From positions 219,386 to 283,385 of the forward strand of contig CP064968.1 of the NCBI GenBank assembly GCA_016699245.1: a stretch of DNA of 64,000 nt, in the 5' to 3' direction. The notes below the pieces were generated by a model. The model was not told where the DNA came from and ran no database searches. It saw only the letters and a list, made by a program, of their open reading frames with translations. The position numbers and the translations under genes are program-made. This document shows positions 48,657 to 57,844 of this stretch, one piece after another (position 1 is the first letter of the stretch; the number at the start of each line of letters is the position of its first letter). The stretch is from Candidatus Kaiserbacteria bacterium (GTDB taxonomy: Bacteria; Patescibacteriota; Minisyncoccia; Phycocordibacterales; UBA918).

Positions 48657-49714
48657 AAAATATCATTAATTATCCCACCTCCAAGACATGCTCTTCCTGC
48701 ATAGAGTACACAGGACTGCCCCACTGATGGCATGTCGACATGTGCATCTTGTACAGTAAGCATAGCATGGCTCTCAGAAGTCATTTCTACACTAACGTTG
48801 AAAGGTTTTTGACGATAACGGAATTGCGCCTCACATGTGGGGGGAAGAGATTCGGTAATGAGATTGATGTCAGACAGCACGACGCGAGCGTTCGCACATG
48901 TCCGCTGTTCTGTAGAAACAGTGATTGTATTTGCACGTGTATCTTTCTCAACAATGTAATACGGACGTGTTACATCCTGTGAGGGGAGGATAGAAAAGCC
49001 ATGGCGTTGCCCTCGTGTGTAGTAGAGTGCACCATCATGTGAGCCTATCACCTGCCCTTCCTCATTAAGTACATTTCCCGGCGCCACGTCGACGTAGTGT
49101 GACAAAAAGTCTTTAATATCGACTGGTCCAAGGAAACAGATACCCTGACTGTCGTGTTTTGCAGATGTGGGCAAAGTTGCTCTTTTCGCCTCAATTCGTA
49201 TTTCTGATTTTTCTGTATCACCTACAGGAAAAAGTGTGTGTGCAAGTTGTTCCTGTGAAAGCGTCCAAAGAAAGTAACTTTGATCTTTATCTGAGTCGAC
49301 TCCGCGAAGCAACGTATACCGCCCATTGTTCATCTGCACTTCTGCATAGTGCCCTGTGGCAATTTTTGTTGCACCGTGCTCGATTGCAAAGCAAAGAAAT
49401 GCTCCGAACTTCACATGCTGGTTACACATCACATCTGGGTTCGGTGTACGGCCGAGCGTGTATTCTCGAATCATATAATCAGCCACCTCATTCTTATATG
49501 CCTCCTCGCCGTCAAAGGTGATAAATGGTACTTCGAGGTGGGCAGCAACGCGCATTGCGTCGAGACGTTCTTTTTCCCAGTTACAGGTTATAAAATCAGG
49601 TTGCCAAGTTTTGATGAAGACCGCTGTGGCACGGTGTCCAGCGCGGAGCACACGTACGAGTGCGACGCTTGAATCTACTCCTCCCGACACCCCAACAAAA
49701 ACGTTTTCTTTCAT
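48653..49714 (-). CDS. mnmA: tRNA 2-thiouridine(34) synthase
   Basis: VGVSGGVDSSVA PP-loop, conserved catalytic Cys positions. Confidence 0.85.
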   Translation of the reverse strand: MKENVFVGVSGGVDSSVALVRVLRAGHRATAVFIKTWQPDFITCNWEKERLDAMRVAAHLEVPFITFDGEEAYKNEVADYMIREYTLGRTPNPDVMCNQHVKFGAFLCFAIEHGATKIATGHYAEVQMNNGRYTLLRGVDSDKDQSYFLWTLSQEQLAHTLFPVGDTEKSEIRIEAKRATLPTSAKHDSQGICFLGPVDIKDFLSHYVDVAPGNVLNEEGQVIGSHDGALYYTRGQRHGFSILPSQDVTRPYYIVEKDTRANTITVSTEQRTCANARVVLSDINLITESLPPTCEAQFRYRQKPFNVSVEMTSESHAMLTVQDAHVDMPSVGQSCVLYAGRACLGGGIINDIL

Positions 49715-49752
49715 AGTATGAGCATCAAAATAGCATAGTGAATCTCAAAATA

Positions 49753-50736
49753 CTATCGCAGATAGCGAGCCTTATTGATCTTGTGTTCTTCAAAGGTTTT
49801 AGCATAATGGAATGTGCCATCTGGTGCGGTGAGGTAATACAGATAGTCTGATTTTTCTGGGTATAGAACGGCTTCAATTGACTCAATTCCGGGATTTGCA
49901 ATCGGTGTTGGTGGGAGGCCGGTGTTGGTATAGGTGTTGTATGGGGATTCAATTGCTAAATCATCGAGCGTGAGTTCACTACTAGTCTTTCCTAAAATGT
50001 AGTTAAAAACTGCGTCTACTTGAAGTGGCATTTCTGCAGCAAGTCTATTTTGTAAAATACCGGAGACCATACGCTTTGAAACATTGTCCTTTGCCTCACG
50101 TTCGATAATAGAGGCAAGAATAATAACCTCATTTTCGGTGAATCCAGACGCAGTGATTGCTTCCGTGTATGCACTCAGCCGTGACGCACTTGTATTTGTA
50201 AGGAGTAGTCTGAGTTCGTCTAGCGTAGTGCTCGTAGAAATAAAATACGTGTCTGGGAAAAGGTACCCTTCGTACGGGAGAAACAGCGCAGTATCGAGGG
50301 TGCCTAAAGCATCAGCGAGATACGTGTCTATATCACTCGCTTTGAATCCCTCAGGAAGTGTGATGCTCACGAGTGGTGAGCGATGTTCCCCTGATGTGAT
50401 TGCCTCAGCCACTTCACGAGTAGAAAGGGGCATCTCAAATGAATACGTTCCTGCTTGTACATAGACTTCCTTATACTCATAGAGCAGTATCATATAGAGA
50501 TACAGAGAAGATCGCACGACATTTTGTGCTTTGAGTTTTTCTGTTATTGCACTCACCGTAAGTCCTTCATCAATGACGATGTCAGTCAGAAGAGGAAATG
50601 TGTGCGGCGGCGTATTGTAGAAACGATATCCAAAGGATAGTCCAGCGAATGCAAGTACAAGAAATGCGGTGGATAGAAAGATGTGTGTAGACAATCGACG
50701 ACGCTTGCGCTCTGTGTAGTATTCCTTAAAATCCAT
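49753..50736 (-). CDS. mltG: Endolytic murein transglycosylase MltG (YceG-like)
   Basis: N-terminal TM, ASIIEREA motif. Confidence 0.75.
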   Translation of the reverse strand: MDFKEYYTERKRRRLSTHIFLSTAFLVLAFAGLSFGYRFYNTPPHTFPLLTDIVIDEGLTVSAITEKLKAQNVVRSSLYLYMILLYEYKEVYVQAGTYSFEMPLSTREVAEAITSGEHRSPLVSITLPEGFKASDIDTYLADALGTLDTALFLPYEGYLFPDTYFISTSTTLDELRLLLTNTSASRLSAYTEAITASGFTENEVIILASIIEREAKDNVSKRMVSGILQNRLAAEMPLQVDAVFNYILGKTSSELTLDDLAIESPYNTYTNTGLPPTPIANPGIESIEAVLYPEKSDYLYYLTAPDGTFHYAKTFEEHKINKARYLR

Positions 50737-50739
50737 ACA

Positions 50740-52119
50740 TTAACCAATAGGCAAGTTTGAAGGTGGTTCTGCACGTTTTGAAGGAATACGAGCGAGTGTT
50801 GGTGTTGAAGCAACCTTTCCAGGAATATGAAACATAGTTGCAAGTTCTTCGGTGGTCATTACTTTCGTCTTGTCATTCTTATTATGATTTGTGTACGTAC
50901 GTCTTTTGTATTCATCAAGTTCCTGTTTCTTGAGTGCATCCTTCTTTCTTCCAGAAGGATCTTGCCACCAATTCCAGTCAAAGTCAGTACGCCACTTAAC
51001 ACCAATGGAATTGCGATTCAGGTCGTCGTATGAACGCCATGCGGTGATGAGCGTCCCGAGTCGTTCACCGGGGTTGAAGTTTTCATTTTTTGCAATATAC
51101 ATCCCGCGGATGGCGACATTGAATGCACTCTTACTGAGACTGCGCTCAATAGCTTTCAAGGTGTCTTTTTCTGTGTCAGTGAGAAGCATCATGACATTGC
51201 CTTTCTTCTCTTCATCCCCACGTTCTTTTACTGCTTTGTCGATGATGCTTTTCATTTCTGCACGCGCGGGACCTTTCCAATCCGGTGCAAGACCTAATGA
51301 ACCTTCTTTTAAAGTCATTTCTCTGTTTGCATCTATAAGTATCTGTACCCACATATGCTCGCCAGGGCCCATACTACCGAGTGCCTCAAGCATTGAAGTG
51401 ATAGGGTCAATTTTCTCTTCCTCTTTGGGCATATTTTGAAGACCATATTCCACGTATGTCTTTATAGGATATGCGTCAGCTTTTTTTGGACCGAAGTGAA
51501 CAGAAAAATATGAAAAACGTGATGGATCCCATGGAATTTCAGCAGTGTAATCAATATCGAGTTCGTGTACTTCGATGCCAGGATGCTGTGCATATAACTG
51601 AGTCTCAACAATATTTTTAAATTTCTTTTTAGGGGTACTGATGTAAAAACGTACGTCACCAGCACGAGATACGAGCTCTAGCCCATAGCGTGGCGGATGC
51701 TTGCCGTCCCAGTATGTTTGCACATGGTTGTCGGGAGCGGCAGATTGATACATTTGCATAAGCACAAGCTCCATTGCTTCAGGTGATTTAAAGATTTCTT
51801 GTGGTAATTTGATTTCAAGAGTTACCCGTCCCTGTGCAACATCAAATTTCTTCTGCACGAAGTACAGCCAATACTCAAACAAGAGTCCAAAGGTAATAAT
51901 TGGAAGCCAGATAGGAAATGAGACCACCATCATTTCGTACACGATATTTGAATTAATATCGAGTTTTTGAAACACAACTATTGCGACAAGAAGTCCTATG
52001 CCCACCAAAAGCCATGCAGCATTTGCACCAAATTTTTCTAGTGTGTTTACCGGACCTTCAATTAAGCCAATCATGTACATTATTGTACAGTAAATCCCCC
52101 ATGAAGACTGCGTCTTCAT
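50740..52119 (-). CDS. Hypothetical membrane protein (two N-terminal TM helices, large cytoplasmic domain)
   Basis: No family recognised; 3 bp from mltG start. Confidence 0.4.
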   Translation of the reverse strand: MKTQSSWGIYCTIMYMIGLIEGPVNTLEKFGANAAWLLVGIGLLVAIVVFQKLDINSNIVYEMMVVSFPIWLPIITFGLLFEYWLYFVQKKFDVAQGRVTLEIKLPQEIFKSPEAMELVLMQMYQSAAPDNHVQTYWDGKHPPRYGLELVSRAGDVRFYISTPKKKFKNIVETQLYAQHPGIEVHELDIDYTAEIPWDPSRFSYFSVHFGPKKADAYPIKTYVEYGLQNMPKEEEKIDPITSMLEALGSMGPGEHMWVQILIDANREMTLKEGSLGLAPDWKGPARAEMKSIIDKAVKERGDEEKKGNVMMLLTDTEKDTLKAIERSLSKSAFNVAIRGMYIAKNENFNPGERLGTLITAWRSYDDLNRNSIGVKWRTDFDWNWWQDPSGRKKDALKKQELDEYKRRTYTNHNKNDKTKVMTTEELATMFHIPGKVASTPTLARIPSKRAEPPSNLPIG

Positions 52120-52139
52120 GGGGGATTCTGTGTATGAGA

Positions 52140-53165
52140 TTATTCAGTGAGGATGTAGTTGCCGTCAGGGAGTTTCTTGAAGAGTGTCGTATCTTGAAGA
52201 TTAACGATAATGGTGTTGTCTTTTACGTAACGCTCTTTACGCACCTTATCAATGATCTCTTCACGAGTAAGTGGACCATGTGTGGTGAGAATGTCACGAA
52301 GCACATCTTTTACAACACCGGTAGAGTATCCCCACTCTGAGAGTGCGTAGAGTCCTCGCCCGACGAGCACAAAACGACGGTCCTTTATGAGTTCGTTGTG
52401 TGTTGTTGCAACGTGTGCGCTTTTATTGAAGAGTTCCTTGATAGCATCAGCAACTTCCTTAAAGTGCATCGGTGATCCATGGCGCTTTACCGCGAGGTAT
52501 GCATAGTCACGAATTCCCTTTGCACGTACATTGGGACTCGTTGCATGTCCCCATTCACCGAGTGGATTGCGGTCGATTTGCTTTGATATTGAGAGCCATC
52601 GCTTGAGAATTTTTTCATCACGATATTGCTCTTCAATTTCTCCAAGATGTTCCTTAAGGCGAGCAATGATTTCATCTTCAGCAATAAGTTCGTCCTCTTC
52701 AAGGGAATTGAAGATACTCACCAGTGCTCCTTCTACCGTGTCAGAAATCTTTTTTTCAACATACCAACGGTGCGAAAAGGCATTGTTTTCCTTGATTCTT
52801 TTGAAAGGGTCGCCAATCACGAGAAGAAAGTAAATATGATTACGAAGTGACTGATCTTTTGAAAGTTCAGTGAGAAGCTCTTGTTCATTAATGACTCCAC
52901 CAAGAGCATGGAGTGCAGTTTGTAACTCATCAAATACTTCCTGAAATTCTTTATATACAGGTGACTTCTGGATAGATTGAATACCATAGTTTTCAATCTG
53001 ACGCACACGTTCGCGGGTAATATTGTATGTCTGACCAATAGACTCAAGAGTGCATGTTTCAGCACTATTCACGAGACCATATCGTTTTTCAAGTACATCA
53101 CGAGCGCGCTCGGGGAGCACTGAAAGAAGCTTTTTTGTTACTTGCTTTGGTTTAAATGATATCAT
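52140..53165 (-). CDS. Hypothetical DNA-binding protein with N-terminal sigma-70 region-4-like HTH
   Basis: LESIGQTYNITRERVRQIE resembles sigma region 4.2; rest unassigned. Confidence 0.5.
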   Translation of the reverse strand: MISFKPKQVTKKLLSVLPERARDVLEKRYGLVNSAETCTLESIGQTYNITRERVRQIENYGIQSIQKSPVYKEFQEVFDELQTALHALGGVINEQELLTELSKDQSLRNHIYFLLVIGDPFKRIKENNAFSHRWYVEKKISDTVEGALVSIFNSLEEDELIAEDEIIARLKEHLGEIEEQYRDEKILKRWLSISKQIDRNPLGEWGHATSPNVRAKGIRDYAYLAVKRHGSPMHFKEVADAIKELFNKSAHVATTHNELIKDRRFVLVGRGLYALSEWGYSTGVVKDVLRDILTTHGPLTREEIIDKVRKERYVKDNTIIVNLQDTTLFKKLPDGNYILTE

Positions 53166-53234
53166 GGTATGGTCTAATTATTGGTTTTTTGCTCAAAAAT
53201 GTGTTCCTATTTTTATCACGATAAAGGGATTGAG

Positions 53235-55616
53235 TCAAGCCTCTCCTATCAGATTAATAATTTTGTTTTGGATATATACCACTCGAGTTATGTTTGCGGG
53301 CAATTTTGATGCGAGAGTTTCATCTGCTTTAAGCACGGCAAGTACCTCGGATTCCGCCGAATCTATGGGGATAATGATGGTTCCGCGCATCTTTCCATTG
53401 ATTTGAACACTCAAAGTAACACTACTTTCGATTAAATATGTAGGGTTTGAGGCAGGCCAGTTAGACATGTGGATAGAACCACTATTCCCCGCTTCATACC
53501 ACAATTCTTCAGTAATGTGTGGTGCAAATGGGGCAAGTAACCGAAGAAAGAGTAAATATGAATTCTTGGTCAAACCTAATTTTTCGGCATGATTGATGAA
53601 AATCATGAGTGCACTGATAGCAGTATTGAACTTATATACTGCTATATCAGCCGACACTTTTTCAATCGTCTTGTGAAGTAGGGATGTTGTCTCATGTGAT
53701 TCAGTCTCACGCACATGCTCAGCAAGGCCATACACACGCTCGAGGAATCGACGAAGCCCCGCAATGCCTCCCATGTCCCAGGGATAGTTGGCGAGTTCGC
53801 CATACGGACCCATGAAGGCAAGATACATCTTCACCGTGTCAGCACCAAGAATTTTAACTTGTTCATCGGGGTCGACCACGTTGCCTTTTGACTTACTCAT
53901 CTTGTTGCCGTCGGGACCGAGGACAAGTCCACGATTGATGCGCATCTTGTACGGCTCAGGTGAGGTCACAAGATCAAGGTCAAAGAGTGCCTTTTGCCAG
54001 AAGCGTGAATAGAGCACGTGCATCGTGGTGTGCTCAGAACCACCAAAGTACACATCGACTGGCATCCAGGTTTTTTGTGCTTCAAGAGATGCGGGGACTT
54101 CAGCATTCTGAGTATCGAGATAGCGCAAAAAGTACCACGAAGAGTCTACAAACGTATCCATAGTCTCGACTTCAGGAGTCCAACCTTCACCAAAGATACG
54201 TGTCACGCGTTCACGAAGTTCAACACTTTTCGCAAGTGGCGGTTCGCCCGTGGGGGTGAAGTCGACATCGGTGGGTAGGTGCCATGGTAGGTGTTCCTTA
54301 GGAATCGGGTGTGGTGTACCTTCTTTGTCATACACAATAGGAATTGGTACCCCCCAATAGCGCTGTCGACCAATAGACCAATCACGAAGGCGATAAGTAT
54401 TCGTAAGTTCCCCACCAACTTTCAGAGTAATAGCACCCTTAGCCTCTTCCGAGTCCATGCCCGTAAATTCTCCAGAGTTGATCAGTGTATCCGAAAGAGT
54501 AAATGGAAGTTCTTCATTACCTTTTATTACCTGCACAATAGGAAGTGTAAATTTCTTTGCAAAGGCAAAGTCTCTCTCGTCGTGTGCGGGTACTGCCATA
54601 ATGGCACCGGTGCCGTAGCCTTTGAGCACATAGTCAGCAATGAATACAGGGATACTTTTGCCCGTAGCGGGATTAGTGGTGGTGATGCCTGTGAGGCACA
54701 CGCCCGTCTTCTCCTTTTCTACTTTTGTACGAAGCATTTCATCCTTCTGCGATGCTTCTTTTATATACGCCTCTACTTCTGCCCAGTTTTGGATGACTTC
54801 TTTGTTCTTGAGGACAAGGTCGTGCTCGGGTGCTAAGACCACGTAGGTGGCACCGTAGAGCGTGTCAGGGCGCGTGGTAAAGATATCGAGTGTGTCTCCG
54901 GTAGAGAGAGTGAAAGGGATTTTGGCACCCTTTGAACGCCCAATCCACTGTCGTTGTGCTTCCTTAATGGGTTCGGGCCACGCAAGCGTATCAAGATCAT
55001 CGATGAGTCTATCAGCATAATCAGTAATTTTGAGCATCCACTGCGTCATGTCTTTTTTTATAATGGTGTTGCCGCAACGCTCACAGGTGTTGCTACTTGT
55101 GACTTGCTCGTTTGCAATCACGGTATTGCATGCAGGACACCAATTCACCACACCCTTACCGCGATACGCAATTCCCTTTTCAAAAAACTGTGTAAACATC
55201 CACTGCGTCATCTTGAAGTATTCTGGGTCAGTAGAACTTACAGAAACGTCCCATGAAAACGCATTACCCATGCTCTCGAGTTGCTTCTTCATGTATGCGA
55301 TATTGGATTCAGTCCATGCTTTTGGGTCAAGTTTGTTTTTAATAGCAGCATTTTCAGCAGGAAGTCCAAACGCATCAAAACCAATTGGGAAAAGCACTTG
55401 CTTTCCCTGCATGCGTCTCGCACGAACGTAGATGTCTACCACCGCAAAAGCAAACCAGTGCCCAACATGAAGATTGCCCGATGGATACGGCCATTCGACG
55501 AGTACATACTCTTTTTCTTTGTTTGTGTCGCGTGCACCGAGGTTGTATATCCCAGATTCTTTCCAGGATTTCTGCCACTTCTGTTCTATTTCCTCGTGAT
55601 TGAACTTTTTATGCAT
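53235..55616 (-). CDS. leuS: Leucyl-tRNA synthetase
   Basis: PYPSGNLHVGH (HIGH), KMSKSKGN (KMSKS), CP1 editing domain. Confidence 0.9.
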   Translation of the reverse strand: MHKKFNHEEIEQKWQKSWKESGIYNLGARDTNKEKEYVLVEWPYPSGNLHVGHWFAFAVVDIYVRARRMQGKQVLFPIGFDAFGLPAENAAIKNKLDPKAWTESNIAYMKKQLESMGNAFSWDVSVSSTDPEYFKMTQWMFTQFFEKGIAYRGKGVVNWCPACNTVIANEQVTSSNTCERCGNTIIKKDMTQWMLKITDYADRLIDDLDTLAWPEPIKEAQRQWIGRSKGAKIPFTLSTGDTLDIFTTRPDTLYGATYVVLAPEHDLVLKNKEVIQNWAEVEAYIKEASQKDEMLRTKVEKEKTGVCLTGITTTNPATGKSIPVFIADYVLKGYGTGAIMAVPAHDERDFAFAKKFTLPIVQVIKGNEELPFTLSDTLINSGEFTGMDSEEAKGAITLKVGGELTNTYRLRDWSIGRQRYWGVPIPIVYDKEGTPHPIPKEHLPWHLPTDVDFTPTGEPPLAKSVELRERVTRIFGEGWTPEVETMDTFVDSSWYFLRYLDTQNAEVPASLEAQKTWMPVDVYFGGSEHTTMHVLYSRFWQKALFDLDLVTSPEPYKMRINRGLVLGPDGNKMSKSKGNVVDPDEQVKILGADTVKMYLAFMGPYGELANYPWDMGGIAGLRRFLERVYGLAEHVRETESHETTSLLHKTIEKVSADIAVYKFNTAISALMIFINHAEKLGLTKNSYLLFLRLLAPFAPHITEELWYEAGNSGSIHMSNWPASNPTYLIESSVTLSVQINGKMRGTIIIPIDSAESEVLAVLKADETLASKLPANITRVVYIQNKIINLIGEA

Positions 55617-55678
55617 ACACAAAACAAGCAACTGTTAATTTGTTTCATTATGCCGTTAAAACGGAATATGTCCAGTTA

Positions 55679-56599
55679 TTACATCAGGGGTTTCGTATCG
55701 AGCGGTGCCACTTTGCGTTCAAAACACCATTCACCTGCTCCGTGAGTCCAATTCATGTTTCCTTTTATGTATGAGTCATCCACATACATAGGCTGTGCAA
55801 ATTGCTGTTGCTCTGCTTTAGTTGATTCGTTTGCAAAGGTGGCACAAAGTTCATATGTTGTGGGACCAGTGACGCGGTATTCGTATGCTGTTCTTCCTTC
55901 AGGGGCTACAGGGATCTCGATACCCTGGAAGGCTTCAGTAAGAGTTTGGGGGAGTGTGTTGTCAGTACTGTAAAACGATTCAATATTTGACTGTATCAGC
56001 GAAAGATCACTTGTCTGTGTCGAATCGAGACGATACTCACGCACTTGATTTGGAGTCTGCGTATTCATAAAACCAAGTACCAGTGCTCCAATTACAATCA
56101 CCGTTGCACCAGCACCATACCATACAGACTCACGCTCGTGAGCCTGCCAATATCCCTTTGCGTCAAAAAGGTAGTACACAAATGCGGTAGTAACCACCAC
56201 AAAGAAAGAAAGTGCTTTGAGGGCAAAGCGAATGGTGAGTTCACCATTAAGGAATCCATTGATAACACTTACAAGGTCACCCAAAATTGCTGCACCCCCC
56301 ACGAGAAGTGAAAGATAGATGAGCCACTTGGTAAGCATGAGGTATGTACCATGTTCATTTCGACGGATGATGTTCACCAGTCGTGTGAGTACCAGATACA
56401 CCGGGAAAAAGACGATGAGCATTGCAATACTAAAACGGAGTGTCGAAGCAGCGCTCTCTACCTCCCAATAACCCTGTGCAGCGTCTGGATAATGTGCAGT
56501 AATAACACTGAACATGAGCATGATAAGACCAACGATAGTTACGTATAAAGAGACGAGTGAGCCCAATTGAAGGGCAAAATTTTTAGCTGTGTTTTCCAT
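55679..56599 (-). CDS. Hypothetical polytopic membrane protein
   Basis: ~6 TM helices; no motif. Confidence 0.4.
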   Translation of the reverse strand: MENTAKNFALQLGSLVSLYVTIVGLIMLMFSVITAHYPDAAQGYWEVESAASTLRFSIAMLIVFFPVYLVLTRLVNIIRRNEHGTYLMLTKWLIYLSLLVGGAAILGDLVSVINGFLNGELTIRFALKALSFFVVVTTAFVYYLFDAKGYWQAHERESVWYGAGATVIVIGALVLGFMNTQTPNQVREYRLDSTQTSDLSLIQSNIESFYSTDNTLPQTLTEAFQGIEIPVAPEGRTAYEYRVTGPTTYELCATFANESTKAEQQQFAQPMYVDDSYIKGNMNWTHGAGEWCFERKVAPLDTKPLM

Positions 56600-56630
56600 A
56601 ATATATAAATTGTGTGCTTATTTTGGGAAA

Positions 56631-56900
56631 AGTAAAGAACCCAACTCCGGAGGAGTTGGACCAGGGGTTCTTTGCTAGCATAGGAATCGGCCACCGCCGA
56701 TGCTATTTTTATGTCGCTAAGCGCGACGGACTAGTAAAGAACCACACTCTGAAAGAGTATGACCAGGGTTCTTTGCTAGCATAGGAATCGGCCACCGCCG
56801 ATGCATTTTTTATGTCGCTAAGCGCGACAGACTAGTAAAGAACCCAACACTCAAAAGTGTAGGACCGGGGGTTCTTTGTTAGTAACTGAAGTCATTTTTA
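56631..56900. repeat. Array of three ~101-bp structured units (A 56631-56732, B 56733-56833, C 56834-~56900): variable hairpin + conserved terminator-like hairpin
   Basis: Each unit = AGTAAAGAACC + variable palindromic ~17 nt + ACCAGGGGTTCTTT, then (A, B) GCTAGCATAGGAATCGGCCACCGCCGATGCTATTTTT and GTCGCTAAGCGCGAC. The variable tips are each self-complementary. Confidence 0.75.
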
Positions 56901-56903
56901 CAC

Positions 56904-56940
56904 TTACCGTATACGTAACAGGTGTTACGTATACGGTAAG
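56904..56940. promoter_or_regulatory. Perfect 18-bp-arm inverted repeat CTTACCGTATACGTAACA-GG-TGTTACGTATACGGTAAG; candidate operator upstream of the plus-strand gene at 57037
   Basis: Read directly; a TATACT -10-like box follows ~70 bp downstream. Confidence 0.6.
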
Positions 56941-57036
56941 GTGGTCCGGGTGAGAATTTGAGGTTAATACTTGTAGAAGACTACACCCAGACAGAATCAA
57001 GGATATGTTATACTCTCAACCTAATCCCCCACATAT

Positions 57037-57306
57037 ATGAAATCAGAAGATATGCAGAAGGCGCCAAAATTGTTTTGTGAAAGCATTAAGGTTGGCTTCA
57101 CCCCAGAGTATTTTGTTATTGGACTTAGCTCTGGCTCACAATCGTCAATTTTTTCACTCACTCCCGGACATACAAAACGTTTGCAGCAGTACCTGACGCA
57201 CGAAATTTCACAATTTGAAAAAGCGCATGGTGAGATTAAATCTGAATGGAACCCTAATGTCGTCAGTCCTGTACAAAATGTGATTCCTCCGAATCAGATG
57301 AGTTAA
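57037..57306 (+). CDS. Small hypothetical protein (89 aa)
   Basis: ORF preceded by a promoter-like TATACT and followed by a strong terminator. Confidence 0.35.
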   Translation: MKSEDMQKAPKLFCESIKVGFTPEYFVIGLSSGSQSSIFSLTPGHTKRLQQYLTHEISQFEKAHGEIKSEWNPNVVSPVQNVIPPNQMS

Positions 57307-57310
57307 AAAA

Positions 57311-57336
57311 TCCCCGCAGCTGCGGGGATTTTTTTA
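57311..57336. terminator. Bidirectional intrinsic terminator (AAAAAATCCCCGCAGCTGCGGGGATTTTTTT)
   Basis: Perfect 8-bp GC stem with A-run and T-run flanks between convergent genes. Confidence 0.75.
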
Positions 57337-57732
57337 TTGCTGTGGTACTGCGCAATTCGTTTTTTCTGCAAGTGTTTCAAATGTCTGTTGTCCAGAAAGT
57401 CGCGAGCCGTCTGTAAAAACCCATGTCGGATATCCAGTGATCTTTGCATCAGTACACACGGGTAATTGTCCTTGACCATTTGGAGTTGAACACTCTATAT
57501 ACGGCAACTTCTTTGAGTTTTTAAAAAGTGCTTTTTGATCTTTGCAATGTGGACACCAGTATGTGCCATAAAACTTTGCTCCTGCATCAGTGATACACTG
57601 TGCAAAAGAATCATAGATTGATACTGCCTCGGCAGTTACAGGGGCTTCTTTTGGTTCAGTATTGTTGCGAACAAACACAAGTCCTACCAAGAGTGCAACC
57701 ACAAGGATTCCATATACATAAGTTATTTTCAT
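57334..57732 (-). CDS. Membrane-anchored thioredoxin-fold thiol:disulfide oxidoreductase (WCPHC active site)
   Basis: N-terminal TM; YWCPHCKDQ CxxC motif. Confidence 0.6.
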   Translation of the reverse strand: MKITYVYGILVVALLVGLVFVRNNTEPKEAPVTAEAVSIYDSFAQCITDAGAKFYGTYWCPHCKDQKALFKNSKKLPYIECSTPNGQGQLPVCTDAKITGYPTWVFTDGSRLSGQQTFETLAEKTNCAVPQQ

Positions 57733-57844
57733 GACAAATAGTATAGCAAGTCATAGAAAAAAAGAAAATTGTACACGGACAGTGTCCTGCGTCGTCCGTT
57801 CCTAAACAAAAATTAGCACGGGGTGCGAATTTTTGTAGTTTTAT

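Noticed and set aside
56631-56900. Possible CRISPR array (regular ~101-bp periodicity with conserved and variable blocks).
   Set aside because: Conserved blocks are ~84 bp and the variable ~17-bp segments are each self-complementary hairpin tips. That fits compensatory RNA/DNA structure, not repeat-spacer architecture; no cas genes adjacent.
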